A stretch of 63,918 nt of DNA, the filler included, from Myxococcota bacterium (GTDB taxonomy: Bacteria > Myxococcota > Myxococcia > Myxococcales > Myxococcaceae): the NCBI GenBank assembly GCA_049322255.1. It is 3 parts of 3 records of this genome, joined end to end, with 100 filler letters (N's around TTAATTAATTAA, not from the genome) between each part and the next. Parts side by side here need not be neighbours in the genome. Positions count along the whole stretch, not along the records: positions 21,922 to 43,195 come from JBMORE010000074.1; positions 43,296 to 63,918 come from JBMORE010000075.1; 1 more part is not named here. One strand, written 5' to 3'. The translations under genes and the position numbers were made by a program. Positions 35,203 to 45,012 of the stretch are shown here, piece by piece; position 1 is the stretch's first letter, and each line of letters starts with the position of its first letter. The notes under the pieces are model-generated. The model did not search any database. It was not told the DNA's origin and saw nothing but the letters and a program-made list of their open reading frames with translations.

Positions 35203-35892
35203 CTATGTGTCACCCCGTGGCCTGCGGCTTGGCCCGACGATCGAGCGTGGCGCGCGACCTCGCGCCAGCGTTCCCGCGCGGGCGCCGGCGAGGACAGTCC
35301 GCACCGCGAGGGTTAGCCAAATCGTATCCAACCGGCGAGAGGAGCTGCGCGAGTCTACGATCGCGCGGACGAAATCTAAGAGGAGCTGCGGATCGGTTCC
35401 CGGCGGGAATTCACCCCGATCGATGGCGCGCGCCACCATCGACCTCCACTCATTGCGACGCTCGTCCACCGCATCTCCGACGATTGCTTCGACCTCGGGG
35501 CTGTGTCGCTCATCGAGCAACCGCGCCCAAGCCCGGCCGTCGAGCTTTCGACCGAAGGTGAATCGCCGCGCGAATGCTTCGACCAGGTCGCTCTCGATCT
35601 GTCCCGTGTCCGGCAATGGGCTGTCGCGAAGGGGCGTCCGCATGCGGTCGACGAGAGCGGCAACCAGCGCCGCACGGCTGGGCCATCGCCGATAGATCGT
35701 GGTCTTGTTGACCGCAGCCCGAGACGCGACTTCCTCCATCCGGAAGCCGGCGTATCCGGAACGCGCGAGCTCAACAAGCGCGGCATCGAGCACGCGGCGG
35801 ACCACCTGCTCGCTACGTCCCCCGAGGATCCCCAGGGTTCGACGCGCTGATCCGGCGGAACGACCCATGGGCCCGAACACTAGCAGCGGCAT
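35203..35892 (-). CDS. TetR/AcrR family transcriptional regulator (start may be 35868)
   Basis: VLDAALVELARSGYAGFRMEEVASRAAVNKTTIYRRWPS HTH. Confidence 0.9.
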   Translation of the reverse strand: MPLLVFGPMGRSAGSARRTLGILGGRSEQVVRRVLDAALVELARSGYAGFRMEEVASRAAVNKTTIYRRWPSRAALVAALVDRMRTPLRDSPLPDTGQIESDLVEAFARRFTFGRKLDGRAWARLLDERHSPEVEAIVGDAVDERRNEWRSMVARAIDRGEFPPGTDPQLLLDFVRAIVDSRSSSRRLDTIWLTLAVRTVLAGARAGTLARGRAPRSIVGPSRRPRGDT

Positions 35893-35899
35893 CTTTAAG

Positions 35900-35972
35900 A
35901 TGGCAACTGCGCGTTGCCTTCATGCCCCCAGACGCGCTAGGTTGATCTCACATGGCAACAGTGTGTGGCCAT
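35900..35972. promoter_or_regulatory. Two putative TetR operators
   Basis: ATGGCAAC-N5-GTTGCCTT (35900-35920) and ATGGCAAC-N5-GTGGCCAT (35952-35972), between divergent genes. Confidence 0.65.
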
Positions 35973-35987
35973 GTGAGAGGAGTCTCG

Positions 35988-36301
<314 letters not shown>

Positions 36302-36305
<4 letters not shown>

Positions 36306-36482
36306 TTGTCGACAGCGTTGCGACTCTTGCCACCCGAGGTAGCAGGCCTCGGCCGGAATGGCGCTCGGAATTCCCTCTTGCACGACCGTCAGCTCCGTGT
36401 CGACGGACACCTTCTTCAGGGAAACGGTTGTCTGCATCTGACCGGTCATGTTCGGGTCGAGGAAGGCTCGATAGATCCTCAT
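36302..36482 (-). pseudogene. SRPBCC/AHSA1 gene remnant with internal deletion
   Basis: RIYRAFLDP joined directly to NMTGQMQTTVSLKKVS...QEGIP..IPAEACYLGWQES. Confidence 0.75.
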
Positions 36483-36778
36483 TTACGATAGCCGTACAGC
36501 CAGCGCGACTCGCCGCGCCCGAGGTTCCGAACCGTATGCCTCGCGCGAGCGGGGATGAAGACCTCCTCGCCAGGCATCGGCCGGTGGGCCTTGCCGTCGA
36601 TCTCGCGCTCGACGTCGCCCTCGACGATCATCGCGAGCTCGTCGACATCGTGCACGTAGTCGGTCCAAACCTGGCCGGGTGGATCGACCCAGAGCCCGCA
36701 CGAGAAGCCGCGCTCGCGCCAGCTTCGCGCGATGGCATCCCGATCGACCGGCGCGGCATTCAGCCGTTCATCATTCAT
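36479..36778 (-). CDS. Cupin domain protein
   Basis: WTDYVHDVDE...GEEVFIPARARHTVRN. Confidence 0.85.
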   Translation of the reverse strand: MNDERLNAAPVDRDAIARSWRERGFSCGLWVDPPGQVWTDYVHDVDELAMIVEGDVEREIDGKAHRPMPGEEVFIPARARHTVRNLGRGESRWLYGYRK

Positions 36779-37706
36779 CGAGCATCTCCACGAGCTTCTG
36801 CACCGTGTTCCAGTTGCGCGTCGTGACCGCGCCGCGCAAGGCCAGCTTTCCGAGCGCAGCCGCGAGCGGGCTCCGTCCCTGGCCGTTCGGGTGCCAGGTG
36901 TAGATCTCTTTCCCTGCGACGTTGAAGAGCTCTGGCTTCCAGTCCAGCGCGTGGAGCGGCGCCACCTCCGCCTTCGTTGGCGCGTGCGACAGGAACGTCA
37001 CGCAGAGGTACGCGGGCTTCGTGGCCACCTTCGCGAACGGGTTGCCGTCGACGATGGCCTTCATTTGGTCCAGCGTCCGGAGCGTCGTCGCGATCGGCCG
37101 GCCCATGTAGGCCTCGAGCGCATGCTCGATCGCCTTCGTGAGCGCGGTCTCGGAGAGCTTCGTTCCGAACACCGCGTTCCCGCTTTGCACGTACGTCTGC
37201 ACGTCGGTGCATCCAATCTTCGTGAGCATGACGCGCAGCTCCGCCATCGGCAGGCTGTTCTTCGTGCCGACGTTCACGCCGCGGAGCAGGAGGGCGTAGC
37301 GGGTCATCGCAAAAGCGCCCGCAGCTTCGCCGGCATCGGCCGGCACGCGCAGTTTTTTCTCGTGCGCCTGGTGCCACGCGAGCCGCTGCAGGGTCGCGAC
37401 GAATTCAGCGCCGCGCCCAACCCACTTTCCGACTGCCTTCTCGGAGCGACACCCTTCCGGGGCCACGAACACGTAGCCTTTCATCGGCTTCCCGGTGAAG
37501 TCCATCGGCCGCACGTGCGCCTGCGCCAGCGCCGCCTCGTAGCGGTCGGGGCCCACGCGGACCATGAGGTCGTCCTTCACGATCCCGACGAACATCTTTC
37601 CGTCGAGCAAGAACGCGATGCCGCCGAACATCTTCTTCTCGGTCACGTCGGGACGCGGCCCGACTGCCTGCCGAATGCGCTCCGCGAGTTGCTCGTCGTA
37701 GGCCAT
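36771..37706 (-). CDS. In-frame TfoX_N + DUF1697 (internal ATG at 37307)
   Basis: MAYDEQLAERIR..EKKMFGG...MDFTGKPMKGYV; YALLLRGVNVG...TYVQSGN...TTRNWNT. Confidence 0.8.
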   Translation of the reverse strand: MAYDEQLAERIRQAVGPRPDVTEKKMFGGIAFLLDGKMFVGIVKDDLMVRVGPDRYEAALAQAHVRPMDFTGKPMKGYVFVAPEGCRSEKAVGKWVGRGAEFVATLQRLAWHQAHEKKLRVPADAGEAAGAFAMTRYALLLRGVNVGTKNSLPMAELRVMLTKIGCTDVQTYVQSGNAVFGTKLSETALTKAIEHALEAYMGRPIATTLRTLDQMKAIVDGNPFAKVATKPAYLCVTFLSHAPTKAEVAPLHALDWKPELFNVAGKEIYTWHPNGQGRSPLAAALGKLALRGAVTTRNWNTVQKLVEMLDE

Positions 37707-37734
37707 CGCTCCGTTCTACTCCTTTCCAGGCGGG

Positions 37735-37830
37735 CGCTACCCGTCTCGACGTAGTGCTTCAACCCGGCGAAGAATCCCCTGATGCCGGCGTCCCACCTCC
37801 ACCGGACCATCATCGCGTCCATCAGCTCGG
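37735..37830 (-). pseudogene. C-terminal fragment of an SRPBCC/polyketide cyclase-like gene
   Basis: ELMDAMMVRWRWDAGIRGFFAGLKHYVETG with no upstream part. Confidence 0.55.
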
Positions 37831-37916
37831 TGCCGGCGCCTCATCGCTCGGACTCGGTTTTTGCAAGCACAGGTCGCACCAGTACTTGCAAAACGCAAGC
37901 GATGCGGAATCGCACA

Positions 37917-39041
37917 TCAACGTGCAGCTGCGACGTCGAAGGTTCCGGCGCGAATGGCCACACCGTTCACGAGCACGTCCACGGCGTGGGTCCCTGGTCG
38001 AGGCTTGCGAGTCGTGTGGACAGCCAGGGAGACCTTCGTCGCGAGCTCGACTTGCCCTCGCGGGGGCAGATCGATGCGCTTCAACTTGAAAACCTTTGGC
38101 GATCCGTTGCCGTTCGCCTTCACGAAGTGGACGGCAAGGTCGACGAGCAAGCTCTGCGAGCTTCGCGCGGTGCTGCGCAGCGTGAAGCGCACCGCGACCC
38201 GTTCGCCGATCACGACCTTCTTTGGCTCAATACGCACGTCCTCGAGCGCGACCGTTGGTTTCTTGCCGAAGCCGAGGAGCCGGAGCGCAGCCGGATCTCC
38301 GCGCTTCACGGCGCTACGAAGGGCGTGCTCGATGAGCGCACGACGCTCCGCCGACGCGCCCTCGAGCCAGCGCGCGCAGGTCTCGACCAGGAGCTGCGGG
38401 TGGACCTTGCCGAGGTCGTTCAGGTTGTTCGCCACGCTCCGGCGAACGAGCGTCGTTGGGTCGTCCTTGAGGAGCTCGAGGAGCTCCAGCACCCGATCCG
38501 GATTGCGGTCGAGCCACGGCACGCGCATCGCCCACGGCAAGCGCAGCCGCGTCCCCTCCGAGACGAGCCGTCGCACGTGCGCGTTGTCGTCGCTGGCCCA
38601 CTTCCGCAGAACGGCGAAGGTTCGCTCGGGGTCCTGGGCGATGTACGGTCGGATGCTGCCCTCGGCACTGAAGCGCTTGGTGAGCTCGTACTGCGCGCGC
38701 ATCGAGAGGTCGAAGTGGTCGAGACCGCGCTCGGCCACGAAGAGCACGTGCGGGAGGTAGAAGAACGGCGCCATCCCCATGCCCACGAGCTCCTCGGTCG
38801 CATGCTCGGGACCAAGCGACCGAAGGAGCACGTCGAGCGCTTCGGGGTACGCGGACGGAAGGTGTTTGCCGAGCGCGCTCGCGATGTGCTTGCCGCGGTC
38901 GATCAGCTCGAGCTCGGAGAGGCCCGCGGTCGCGTCCTTGATGAACGCGCGCGATGGAAACGTCGGCTCCACCCGCGTGAGGTCGCCGGCCAGACGGCGC
39001 ACGAGGGCGGGAGAGAAGAACGTCTTGAGAGGCTCACCCAT
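37917..39041 (-). CDS. DNA alkylation repair protein (AlkC-like HEAT-repeat glycosylase with C-terminal Ig-like domain)
   Basis: ELTKRFSAEGSIRPY, HVRRLVSEGTR.RLPW, VRRSVANNLNDLGK, KVFKLK, TTRK. Confidence 0.88.
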   Translation of the reverse strand: MGEPLKTFFSPALVRRLAGDLTRVEPTFPSRAFIKDATAGLSELELIDRGKHIASALGKHLPSAYPEALDVLLRSLGPEHATEELVGMGMAPFFYLPHVLFVAERGLDHFDLSMRAQYELTKRFSAEGSIRPYIAQDPERTFAVLRKWASDDNAHVRRLVSEGTRLRLPWAMRVPWLDRNPDRVLELLELLKDDPTTLVRRSVANNLNDLGKVHPQLLVETCARWLEGASAERRALIEHALRSAVKRGDPAALRLLGFGKKPTVALEDVRIEPKKVVIGERVAVRFTLRSTARSSQSLLVDLAVHFVKANGNGSPKVFKLKRIDLPPRGQVELATKVSLAVHTTRKPRPGTHAVDVLVNGVAIRAGTFDVAAAR

Positions 39042-39192
39042 CAGCGGCTCGCAGCGTCATACGCGTGCGGCTCTCGCCCACGGACTTGATGTTGACGCAC
39101 CATTCCGGCGCCTTGTCCGGGTCGCCTGCGTAGGCAGCCACCGCCGCGAGCGGGCGGTCGATGACTGTCTCCGTGATGATGTCGACCGCCAT
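39034..39192 (-). pseudogene. SRPBCC gene collapsed to 52 aa by two deletions
   Basis: MAVDIITETVIDRPLAAVAAYAGDPDKAPEWCVNIKSV|GESRTRMTLR|AADG*. Confidence 0.7.
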
Positions 39193-39196
39193 GCGC

Positions 39197-40444
39197 TCAC
39201 CCTGCAACGATCTGCAGCCGCCGCTCTAGCACATCCCTCACGGCGATCGACGGCGCAGAGGCCAGCGCCGCATCCCGATAGCGCTGCGCGCTCTCGCCAT
39301 TCCCGCATCGGCGATGGAGGTCGGCCAGGACGGCCATCCACATGTACGAGCCCGCGAGCCACGACGGCGGCTCGAGCCCCTCGAGTATTGCGAGCCCCTC
39401 CCGGGGCCCGCGCCATTCCGCTACTGCAACAGCACGATTCAGCGTGTGCAGCGCAGAGGGGGCCAGCCGTTCGAGCAGGGCGTAGCACTCGACGATTCGG
39501 TCCCATCGCGTCTCCTGGAAGGACGGTGCCAGGCAGTGCTCCGCGGCGATGCCGGCCTCCGCGTGGTAGCGGGAAAACACGTCGCCCTGGGCCGACTTGG
39601 CCAGCCACGCGAGGCCAGTCTCGATCTCGCGCTGGTCCCAGCACGTGCGGTCCTGCTCCTCGAGCAACAGAAGTCCGCCGGATCCATCTTGTCGGGCGCT
39701 CATGCGCGCGGTGTGCAGATGCATGAGGGCCAGGAGCGCGAACGTCTCTGGAGCTCCACCGAGGGGATGCTCAGCGAGAATGCCAGAAAGCCGCTTCGCC
39801 TCGTTGCACAGCTCCCGGCGGATCGCCTCCTCCGCCTTGGACGAGAGGTAACCCTCCGTGAAGAGGAGGTAGACGATCGACTGCACCGCGGGCAGGCGCG
39901 AAGCCAGCTGTTCCGTCGAGAGGTCGTCCGGCTCGAACGGAAGCTCTCGGAGCCGACTTCGGGCGCGGCCGAGTCGCTTGTACACGTTCGCCTCAGTGGT
40001 GAAGAGGCGCTCGGCGATCTCACGGACGTCGAAGCCGCACAGCGTCTTGAGCGCGATCGCCAGCTGCGATTCGACGGGAATCGAGTCATCGCAGCAGACG
40101 AACAGCATTCTGAGGAGGTCGTCGCGAACTTCTCCCGCCAACATTGCCGCCGGCGCAGTGACTGTTGCAGCCGCATCCTCGAGGCCGCGCTCCGCCACCA
40201 AACGATCGCGGCGCGCCCGTTGGCGCAGCTCCCCGACGACTCGATTGTGTGCCACGCGGAAGAGCCACGCCGACGCGTTCTCCGGCACGCCGCCCCTCGT
40301 CCAGGACTCCAGGGCGGAGAGGAGTGCGCTCTGAACGGAGTCCTCGACCATCTCGAGATGACGCATCCCCACGCGGCGCGAGAGCATCGCCACCAGGCGG
40401 CCATACTCGTGGCGAAAGAAGTGTTCTTCGATCTCGTGCGTCAT
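39197..40444 (-). CDS. ECF sigma factor with C-terminal TPR-like extension (YCII-associated type)
   Basis: FFRHEYGRLVA, DDLLRMLFVCC, IYLLFTEGY-like motif, LLEEQDR, LNRAVA; ATGA overlap with YCII. Confidence 0.9.
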   Translation of the reverse strand: MTHEIEEHFFRHEYGRLVAMLSRRVGMRHLEMVEDSVQSALLSALESWTRGGVPENASAWLFRVAHNRVVGELRQRARRDRLVAERGLEDAAATVTAPAAMLAGEVRDDLLRMLFVCCDDSIPVESQLAIALKTLCGFDVREIAERLFTTEANVYKRLGRARSRLRELPFEPDDLSTEQLASRLPAVQSIVYLLFTEGYLSSKAEEAIRRELCNEAKRLSGILAEHPLGGAPETFALLALMHLHTARMSARQDGSGGLLLLEEQDRTCWDQREIETGLAWLAKSAQGDVFSRYHAEAGIAAEHCLAPSFQETRWDRIVECYALLERLAPSALHTLNRAVAVAEWRGPREGLAILEGLEPPSWLAGSYMWMAVLADLHRRCGNGESAQRYRDAALASAPSIAVRDVLERRLQIVAG

Positions 40445-40785
40445 CCAGGCGTGTGGATCTCGATGACCTCCACGCCCGATCCTGGGCGTACCAAGCCGGG
40501 GCACTGGCGAGCCACTTCGATCGCCTCCTCGATGTTTGCGGCCGTGACGATCATGTACCCGCCGACCAGCTCCTTGACCTCCACGAGCGGCCCGTCGGGC
40601 GCGGGCTGCGAGGTGACGAGCCGTCCGGCGCCGAGCCTGCCGCCCATGTCGGTCAGGTTCTTCTGGAACTTCTCACGCCACTCGTTGAACTTCGCGTACA
40701 TCGCCTGCATCTGCGCGGGCGACGGCTTTCCACCTTCTTGCTCCGCTCCCGAAAGGTTCCTCTGCAAACACAGGTACTTAGGCAT
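40441..40785 (-). CDS. YCII-related protein
   Basis: DGPLVEVKELVGGYMIV..EEAIEVARQCP; AAGGAG RBS. Confidence 0.9.
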   Translation of the reverse strand: MPKYLCLQRNLSGAEQEGGKPSPAQMQAMYAKFNEWREKFQKNLTDMGGRLGAGRLVTSQPAPDGPLVEVKELVGGYMIVTAANIEEAIEVARQCPGLVRPGSGVEVIEIHTPG

Positions 40786-40876
40786 GTCTTCTCCTTGAAC
40801 TGGTTGGGGTCGGCTCCGCGACCGATACCCTATGACGCGTGACCCGTCTCGTGTTGGACACTCATTGTTCCACTAC

Positions 40877-41661
40877 CGCGCGGCCGAGGAGTCAGCGAAC
40901 GCTTCGGCGGCGAAGCGCCCGGTAGGCCAGAAAAAGCAGGCCCAGCGGCAGCATCCACCCAGCGGGCGTCGAGCTGGACGTGCAGCCGCAGCCGTGGGTG
41001 GTGACGGGCGTCTCGCCGCCGTCGGCCTCAGACGTGCCCGCGTCGGAGTCGTTCGGCCCCGCGTCGGTGTCGACCGGAGGGCCTGCGTCCGCCATGGGTC
41101 CGCCGTCTGGAGTGGTTCCGCTGTCGGGAGTGGCTGCCGGCTCCACGCGCAAGGTGACGACTTCCGAGTCGGTGAGGACGCCATCGGTGACGGAGAAGGT
41201 GACGGCGTGGTTGCCCTGCTGCCCGGCGGTGGGGCTCCAGAGAAAGCCGCCGGTGGAGGGGTCGAAGCTCGCTCCGGAAGGGAGGGGCGATGCAGAGAGC
41301 GTCAGGGCGTCGCCGTCTGGGTCGCTGGCGGTGACGACGAACGTCAGCGTCGCGCCCTCGACGACGGTGCGTTCTCCAATGGGGCCGAGCACCGGAGGGC
41401 GGTTGTTGGGTGGGGCGGCCGTCACGGTGATGGAGAACGTCTCGGCGTCGGACAGCACACCGTCACTCACGGAGATGGTCACCGAATAGACACCGGCTTG
41501 GCCGACCGAGGGCGTCCAGCTGAAGGCGCGCGTCGCCGGGTTGAAGGTGGCTCCCGAGGGAAGGTTACTGGCAGAGAAGGTGAGCGCATCTCCGTCGGGG
41601 TCGGTCGCGGTGGCGGCGAAGGAAAGCGTGCTGCTCTCCACCACCGTCCGGTTTCCGATGG
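40877..41661. repeat. 785-bp direct repeat, copy 2
   Basis: Identical to 31937-32721. Confidence 0.95.
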
Positions 41662-42976
41662 AGTCCAACACCGGAGGGCGGTTGGGGGGTGGAGCGGCCG
41701 TCACCGTCATGGAGAACGTCTCGGAGTCGGACAGCACCCCGTCGCTCACGGAGATGGTCACTGAATAGACACCGGCTTGGCCGACCGCAGGCGTCCAGCT
41801 GAAGGCGCGCGTCGCCGGGTTGAAGGTGGCTCCCGAGGGAAGATTGCTGGCGGAGAAAGTGAGCGCATCTCCGTCGGGGTCGGTCGCAGTGACGGTGAAG
41901 GACAGGTTGGCTCCTTCCACCACCGTCCGGTTTCCGATGGCGCTCAGCACGGGCGCGCGGTTGGTGCCCGGAGCGTCGTAGTCGAAGGACCAGGTCTGAG
42001 GCGTCGCTCCCGACTGGGCACCGCCCACCAAGATGGCCCTGTCGAGAGGCGGCACGTACACCATGGAGAAGTGGTGAACCACCGGGCGCGTCGCCGGCGT
42101 CTCATTGGTCCACGGGTATGGAGCGACGGGGTGGAACGACCAGGTCTGGTCTACTTCGTCCTCGAGGATGATGCGGTCGCTCTGGGTGTCGTACACCATC
42201 GCCGGCTCATCGCTGGAGTTGGGTCGGCTCGTCGAAGCGGAGGCAAGGCTCTCCCACCGGTTGTTGTCGTAGTCGTACGCCCACGTCTGGGCGCTGCTCG
42301 AGCCGAACACCAGAATGCGGTCGCGAGCGCTGTCGTAGGCGACGGCGGGGAGGCTGATGGCGGGTGGCCGGCTGCCCGTCATCGCCGGGCTGGCGGCGGT
42401 GTTCCGGTTCTCCCACCGGTTGTTGTTGTAGTCGTAGGCCCAGGTCTCATCGCCGCCGCTACCGTATCTGCCGTACAGGATGATGCGGTCGCTTTGGCTG
42501 TCGTAGGCCATCTGCTGCCCAAACCGGGCGCTCGGACGCGGCGAGGTCATCGTCGGGTCCATGCTCTCCCAGCGGTTGTTGTTGAAGTCGTACGCCCATG
42601 TGTCGTCGAGGGTCGTGTTCCCAGGGCACCCTTGGCCGCCGAAGACGATGACGCGGTCGCTCTGGCTGTCGTAGGCCATCCCGTGGTGGCCGCGTCCTGG
42701 CGGTCTGGAGCCGCTCATCGTCGTGTTCATGTTCTGCCAGGAATTCGTCTGAAAGTTGTATGCGTAGACGATGTCTCCGTTGGGACAGGCGTCGTGCTGT
42801 CCCAACAAGATGAGCCGTTCGCTCTGGCTGTCGTACGCCAGGCCCGCACCGTCTGAGCGTGCGGGGTTGTCTCCAGTCGGGTTGAGCTGTGTCCAGGTAC
42901 CGGCCTCGACGGCCGTCACTCCCAGTACCCAGGTGGTGGCCAATACCCGCGACACCGTAAAAGGAGTCATCTTCAC
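40892..42976 (-). CDS. Surface protein: Kelch-like beta-propeller head, 3 Ig/cadherin-like domains, MYXO-CTERM-type anchor
   Basis: Signal peptide; repeated MAYDSQSDR.I..G...TWAYD.NNNRWE blades; DPDGDALTF-type repeats x3; GCGCTS + TM + RRR. Confidence 0.9.
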   Translation of the reverse strand: MKMTPFTVSRVLATTWVLGVTAVEAGTWTQLNPTGDNPARSDGAGLAYDSQSERLILLGQHDACPNGDIVYAYNFQTNSWQNMNTTMSGSRPPGRGHHGMAYDSQSDRVIVFGGQGCPGNTTLDDTWAYDFNNNRWESMDPTMTSPRPSARFGQQMAYDSQSDRIILYGRYGSGGDETWAYDYNNNRWENRNTAASPAMTGSRPPAISLPAVAYDSARDRILVFGSSSAQTWAYDYDNNRWESLASASTSRPNSSDEPAMVYDTQSDRIILEDEVDQTWSFHPVAPYPWTNETPATRPVVHHFSMVYVPPLDRAILVGGAQSGATPQTWSFDYDAPGTNRAPVLSAIGNRTVVEGANLSFTVTATDPDGDALTFSASNLPSGATFNPATRAFSWTPAVGQAGVYSVTISVSDGVLSDSETFSMTVTAAPPPNRPPVLDSIGNRTVVESSTLSFAATATDPDGDALTFSASNLPSGATFNPATRAFSWTPSVGQAGVYSVTISVSDGVLSDAETFSITVTAAPPNNRPPVLGPIGERTVVEGATLTFVVTASDPDGDALTLSASPLPSGASFDPSTGGFLWSPTAGQQGNHAVTFSVTDGVLTDSEVVTLRVEPAATPDSGTTPDGGPMADAGPPVDTDAGPNDSDAGTSEADGGETPVTTHGCGCTSSSTPAGWMLPLGLLFLAYRALRRRSVR

Positions 42977-43195
42977 AGTGACCTCCCGGTTGGGCTCCGG
43001 CGCCGCCAGCCGTGGAGAAACAATAGCAGCAGCGCGGTCAACAAAAGAACGGGGACCGCGTCTTGTCCGGCCGAACAGCCGCAGCCGACGCGGAGATGGA
43101 GAGGGGTCAAAGCGCCGCCGTCCGCAGTGGTTCCCCCATCGACTTCGGAGCCTCCATCGTTCGCTGTTCCTCCGTCGGGCGGAGTTCCTCCGTCG
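42973..43195 (-). CDS. 3' end of a third MYXO-CTERM-type surface protein (5' part lost at contig end)
   Basis: DGGTPPDGGTANDGG...VGCGCSAG..VPVLLLTALLLLFLHGWRRR...*; GTGA overlap with the Kelch gene start. Confidence 0.8.
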
Positions 43196-43295
43196 NNNNN
43201 NNNNNNNNNNNNNNNNNNNNNNNNNNNNNNNNNNNNNNNTTAATTAATTAANNNNNNNNNNNNNNNNNNNNNNNNNNNNNNNNNNNNNNNNNNNN
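43196..43295. other. Artificial contig linker
   Basis: N44-TTAATTAATTAA-N44. Confidence 0.98.
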
Positions 43296-43375
43296 CGGTC
43301 ACAGTGGCGCGACCGCGCCGGATTCTCACCGGCTTCCCTTTTCGACGCCCTCCTTGGGCACCCAAAGGCGAAACC
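43296..43375 (-). promoter_or_regulatory. Cobalamin (B12) riboswitch, 5' part
   Basis: Minus strand GGTGCCC..GGGC..AAAAGGGAAGCCGGTGAGAATCCGGCGCGGTCGCGCCACTGTGA, matching the B12-element core. Confidence 0.88.
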
Positions 43376-43443
43376 GCTTGTACGCGCGGGCGCCGACAGC
43401 GTCAAGGCTGCACCCGCCAGCGACCCGCCCATGTCGCCGAGCT

Positions 43444-43735
43444 TCAGCTTGGTGACTTGCCTCGCAGGCGGTCCCGGATGGCTCGGAGCTCACGCTCGAC
43501 CATCCGGTCCTTCTCTCGTCCAAGGTGGGCCTTCCCCGCGATGAGGTCGTCGATGGAGATGACCCGGCAGGGGTGACCCATCACCTCGAGGACCGCGGCG
43601 CGCTCGGCGAGCTTCTCGTAGGGTCCGATGGGCGGCCGAGCCATGGGCGACGGCGGCCACGCCCCCGATGATGACGAAGTCCACCTGCGCTTGGAGCAGG
43701 AGCCTGAGCAGCTCAGGGGTGCGCTGGACCGTCAT
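43444..43735 (-). pseudogene. Nucleotidyltransferase (TA-associated) with internal deletion/frameshift
   Basis: VDFVIIGGVAAVAHGS, then out of frame PPIGPYE...VISIDDLIAGKAHLGREKD. Confidence 0.75.
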
Positions 43736-43883
43736 CGGTCGGCCTCAGCAGCTCATAGAGCTCGGTCATCTGCTGCAGCTGCTCGAGCCGCTGGGTCGGC
43801 GTGAGCGTCAGATTGTGCTCCAGGAGCGAGACGTCGATGCCGTATTCGATGGCCGCGTCCCAGTCGGGACCGTAGCTGGGCAT
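43713..43883 (-). CDS. Small antitoxin-like partner of the nucleotidyltransferase
   Basis: YGIDVSLLEHNLTLTPTQRLEQL motif; overlaps the NTase start. Confidence 0.65.
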   Translation of the reverse strand: MPSYGPDWDAAIEYGIDVSLLEHNLTLTPTQRLEQLQQMTELYELLRPTDDGPAHP

Positions 43884-43959
43884 CTGGGCCGAGCGCTCTG
43901 CCAACCTCCTCGCCCCCCATCGCACCTCCAAATGCATGCGCCCAGCCCGATGCTTGTGG

Positions 43960-44030
43960 AGGTTTTGCAAGGAGGCTCAGGGTCGCCGTTGGGGTGGTTG
44001 TGTACGAGGACGATGCGCGTGGGCCGCGCT
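43960..44030 (-). pseudogene. RadC/JAB domain fragment
   Basis: IVLVHNHPNGDPEP motif only. Confidence 0.6.
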
Positions 44031-44531
44031 TCAGAGCGCGGTGTGTTCGCGCATGAAGGCGGCGAACCCTTCGGGGAGCAAGAAGCGCATCTCCACATAG
44101 CCGAAGCGCAAGGCGACCCCGTCGTGGAGCGGGGCCGGGCGGCGGGGGACGAGCCGGTTCCCGTCACAGAAGGTGCCGTTGTGACTCTCGGCGTCCACCA
44201 CGTGCCACACCCCGGTCTTTTGGTCCTTCTGAAAGTAGGCGTGAAAGCGGGAGACGGTGGAGTCATCGACGGCGAGGTCGTTGTTCTGCGTGCGCCCCAG
44301 GGTGATGCCCACCCCGAAGGCGTTGGCCTTCTTGCTCGTCTTCTCCACCCGGTAGAGCAAAGGGTCGTGGCTGGGAGGTTCGGGGCGGTAGTCGCCCAGC
44401 GTTCCCCACAAGAGCGCCTTGGGCTTGGCGGCGGGCGCGGTGGCCCAGACGAGGACCGGCTCGGTCTGCCGCAGGATGGGCGAGGGGTTCTCTCGAAACC
44501 GCACGGTGAGGATGGAGAGGCGTTCGGACAT
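44031..44531 (-). CDS. FHA domain protein
   Basis: ITLGRTQNND...TVSRFHA...SHNGTF. Confidence 0.9.
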   Translation of the reverse strand: MSERLSILTVRFRENPSPILRQTEPVLVWATAPAAKPKALLWGTLGDYRPEPPSHDPLLYRVEKTSKKANAFGVGITLGRTQNNDLAVDDSTVSRFHAYFQKDQKTGVWHVVDAESHNGTFCDGNRLVPRRPAPLHDGVALRFGYVEMRFLLPEGFAAFMREHTAL

Positions 44532-44671
44532 CGGTGGGTAGACAAGATACCGCGTTTCCCAACCGATGAGAGGGGTGATGGTGCAGCGGCGCTCGTCCGC
44601 CTGGGGGGATGATCCGCCGCTGTGCGCACGGGCTGCTGCGCGGCACCGGTGTGGATTCGCGCAGGTGCGCC

Positions 44672-44687
44672 CGGCACGGGGACTGCT
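44672..44687 (+). promoter_or_regulatory. Putative sigma54 promoter of the hypothetical-comEA operon
   Basis: CGGCACGGGGACTGCT, GG-N10-GC spacing. Confidence 0.55.
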
Positions 44688-44768
44688 TTGGGCCCGCACG
44701 GGCGCGACAAAGGACGCGTCACCCTCGGGCCATGGCGGCGCGAGGCGAACGAACCAGTAGGAGGAGTC

Positions 44769-45011
44769 GTGGAGACGAAGAAGCGGTACGCGGTGTTTTC
44801 CATTCGCAAGAAGGAGAACGCCCCGTCGGTGTGGGTACGGGCCGGTTCGGCTTTCGTGAACCGGGACGGGTCGATGAACCTGTACCTCGATGTCTTACCC
44901 ATCGACGGCCAGCTGCACGTACGTGAGCCGGGCGAGAAACGGGAGCAGGCGCCGGTGAACACCGGCTTCGACAACCCGGTCGCCGAGGCGGCCGCCGCGG
45001 GAGGGCACTGA
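44769..45011 (+). CDS. Small hypothetical protein (W.RAG.AFVNRDGS.N..LD.LP)
   Basis: AGGAGGAG RBS + GTG; stop lies 1 nt before comEA. Confidence 0.75.
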   Translation: METKKRYAVFSIRKKENAPSVWVRAGSAFVNRDGSMNLYLDVLPIDGQLHVREPGEKREQAPVNTGFDNPVAEAAAAGGH

Positions 45012-45012
45012 A

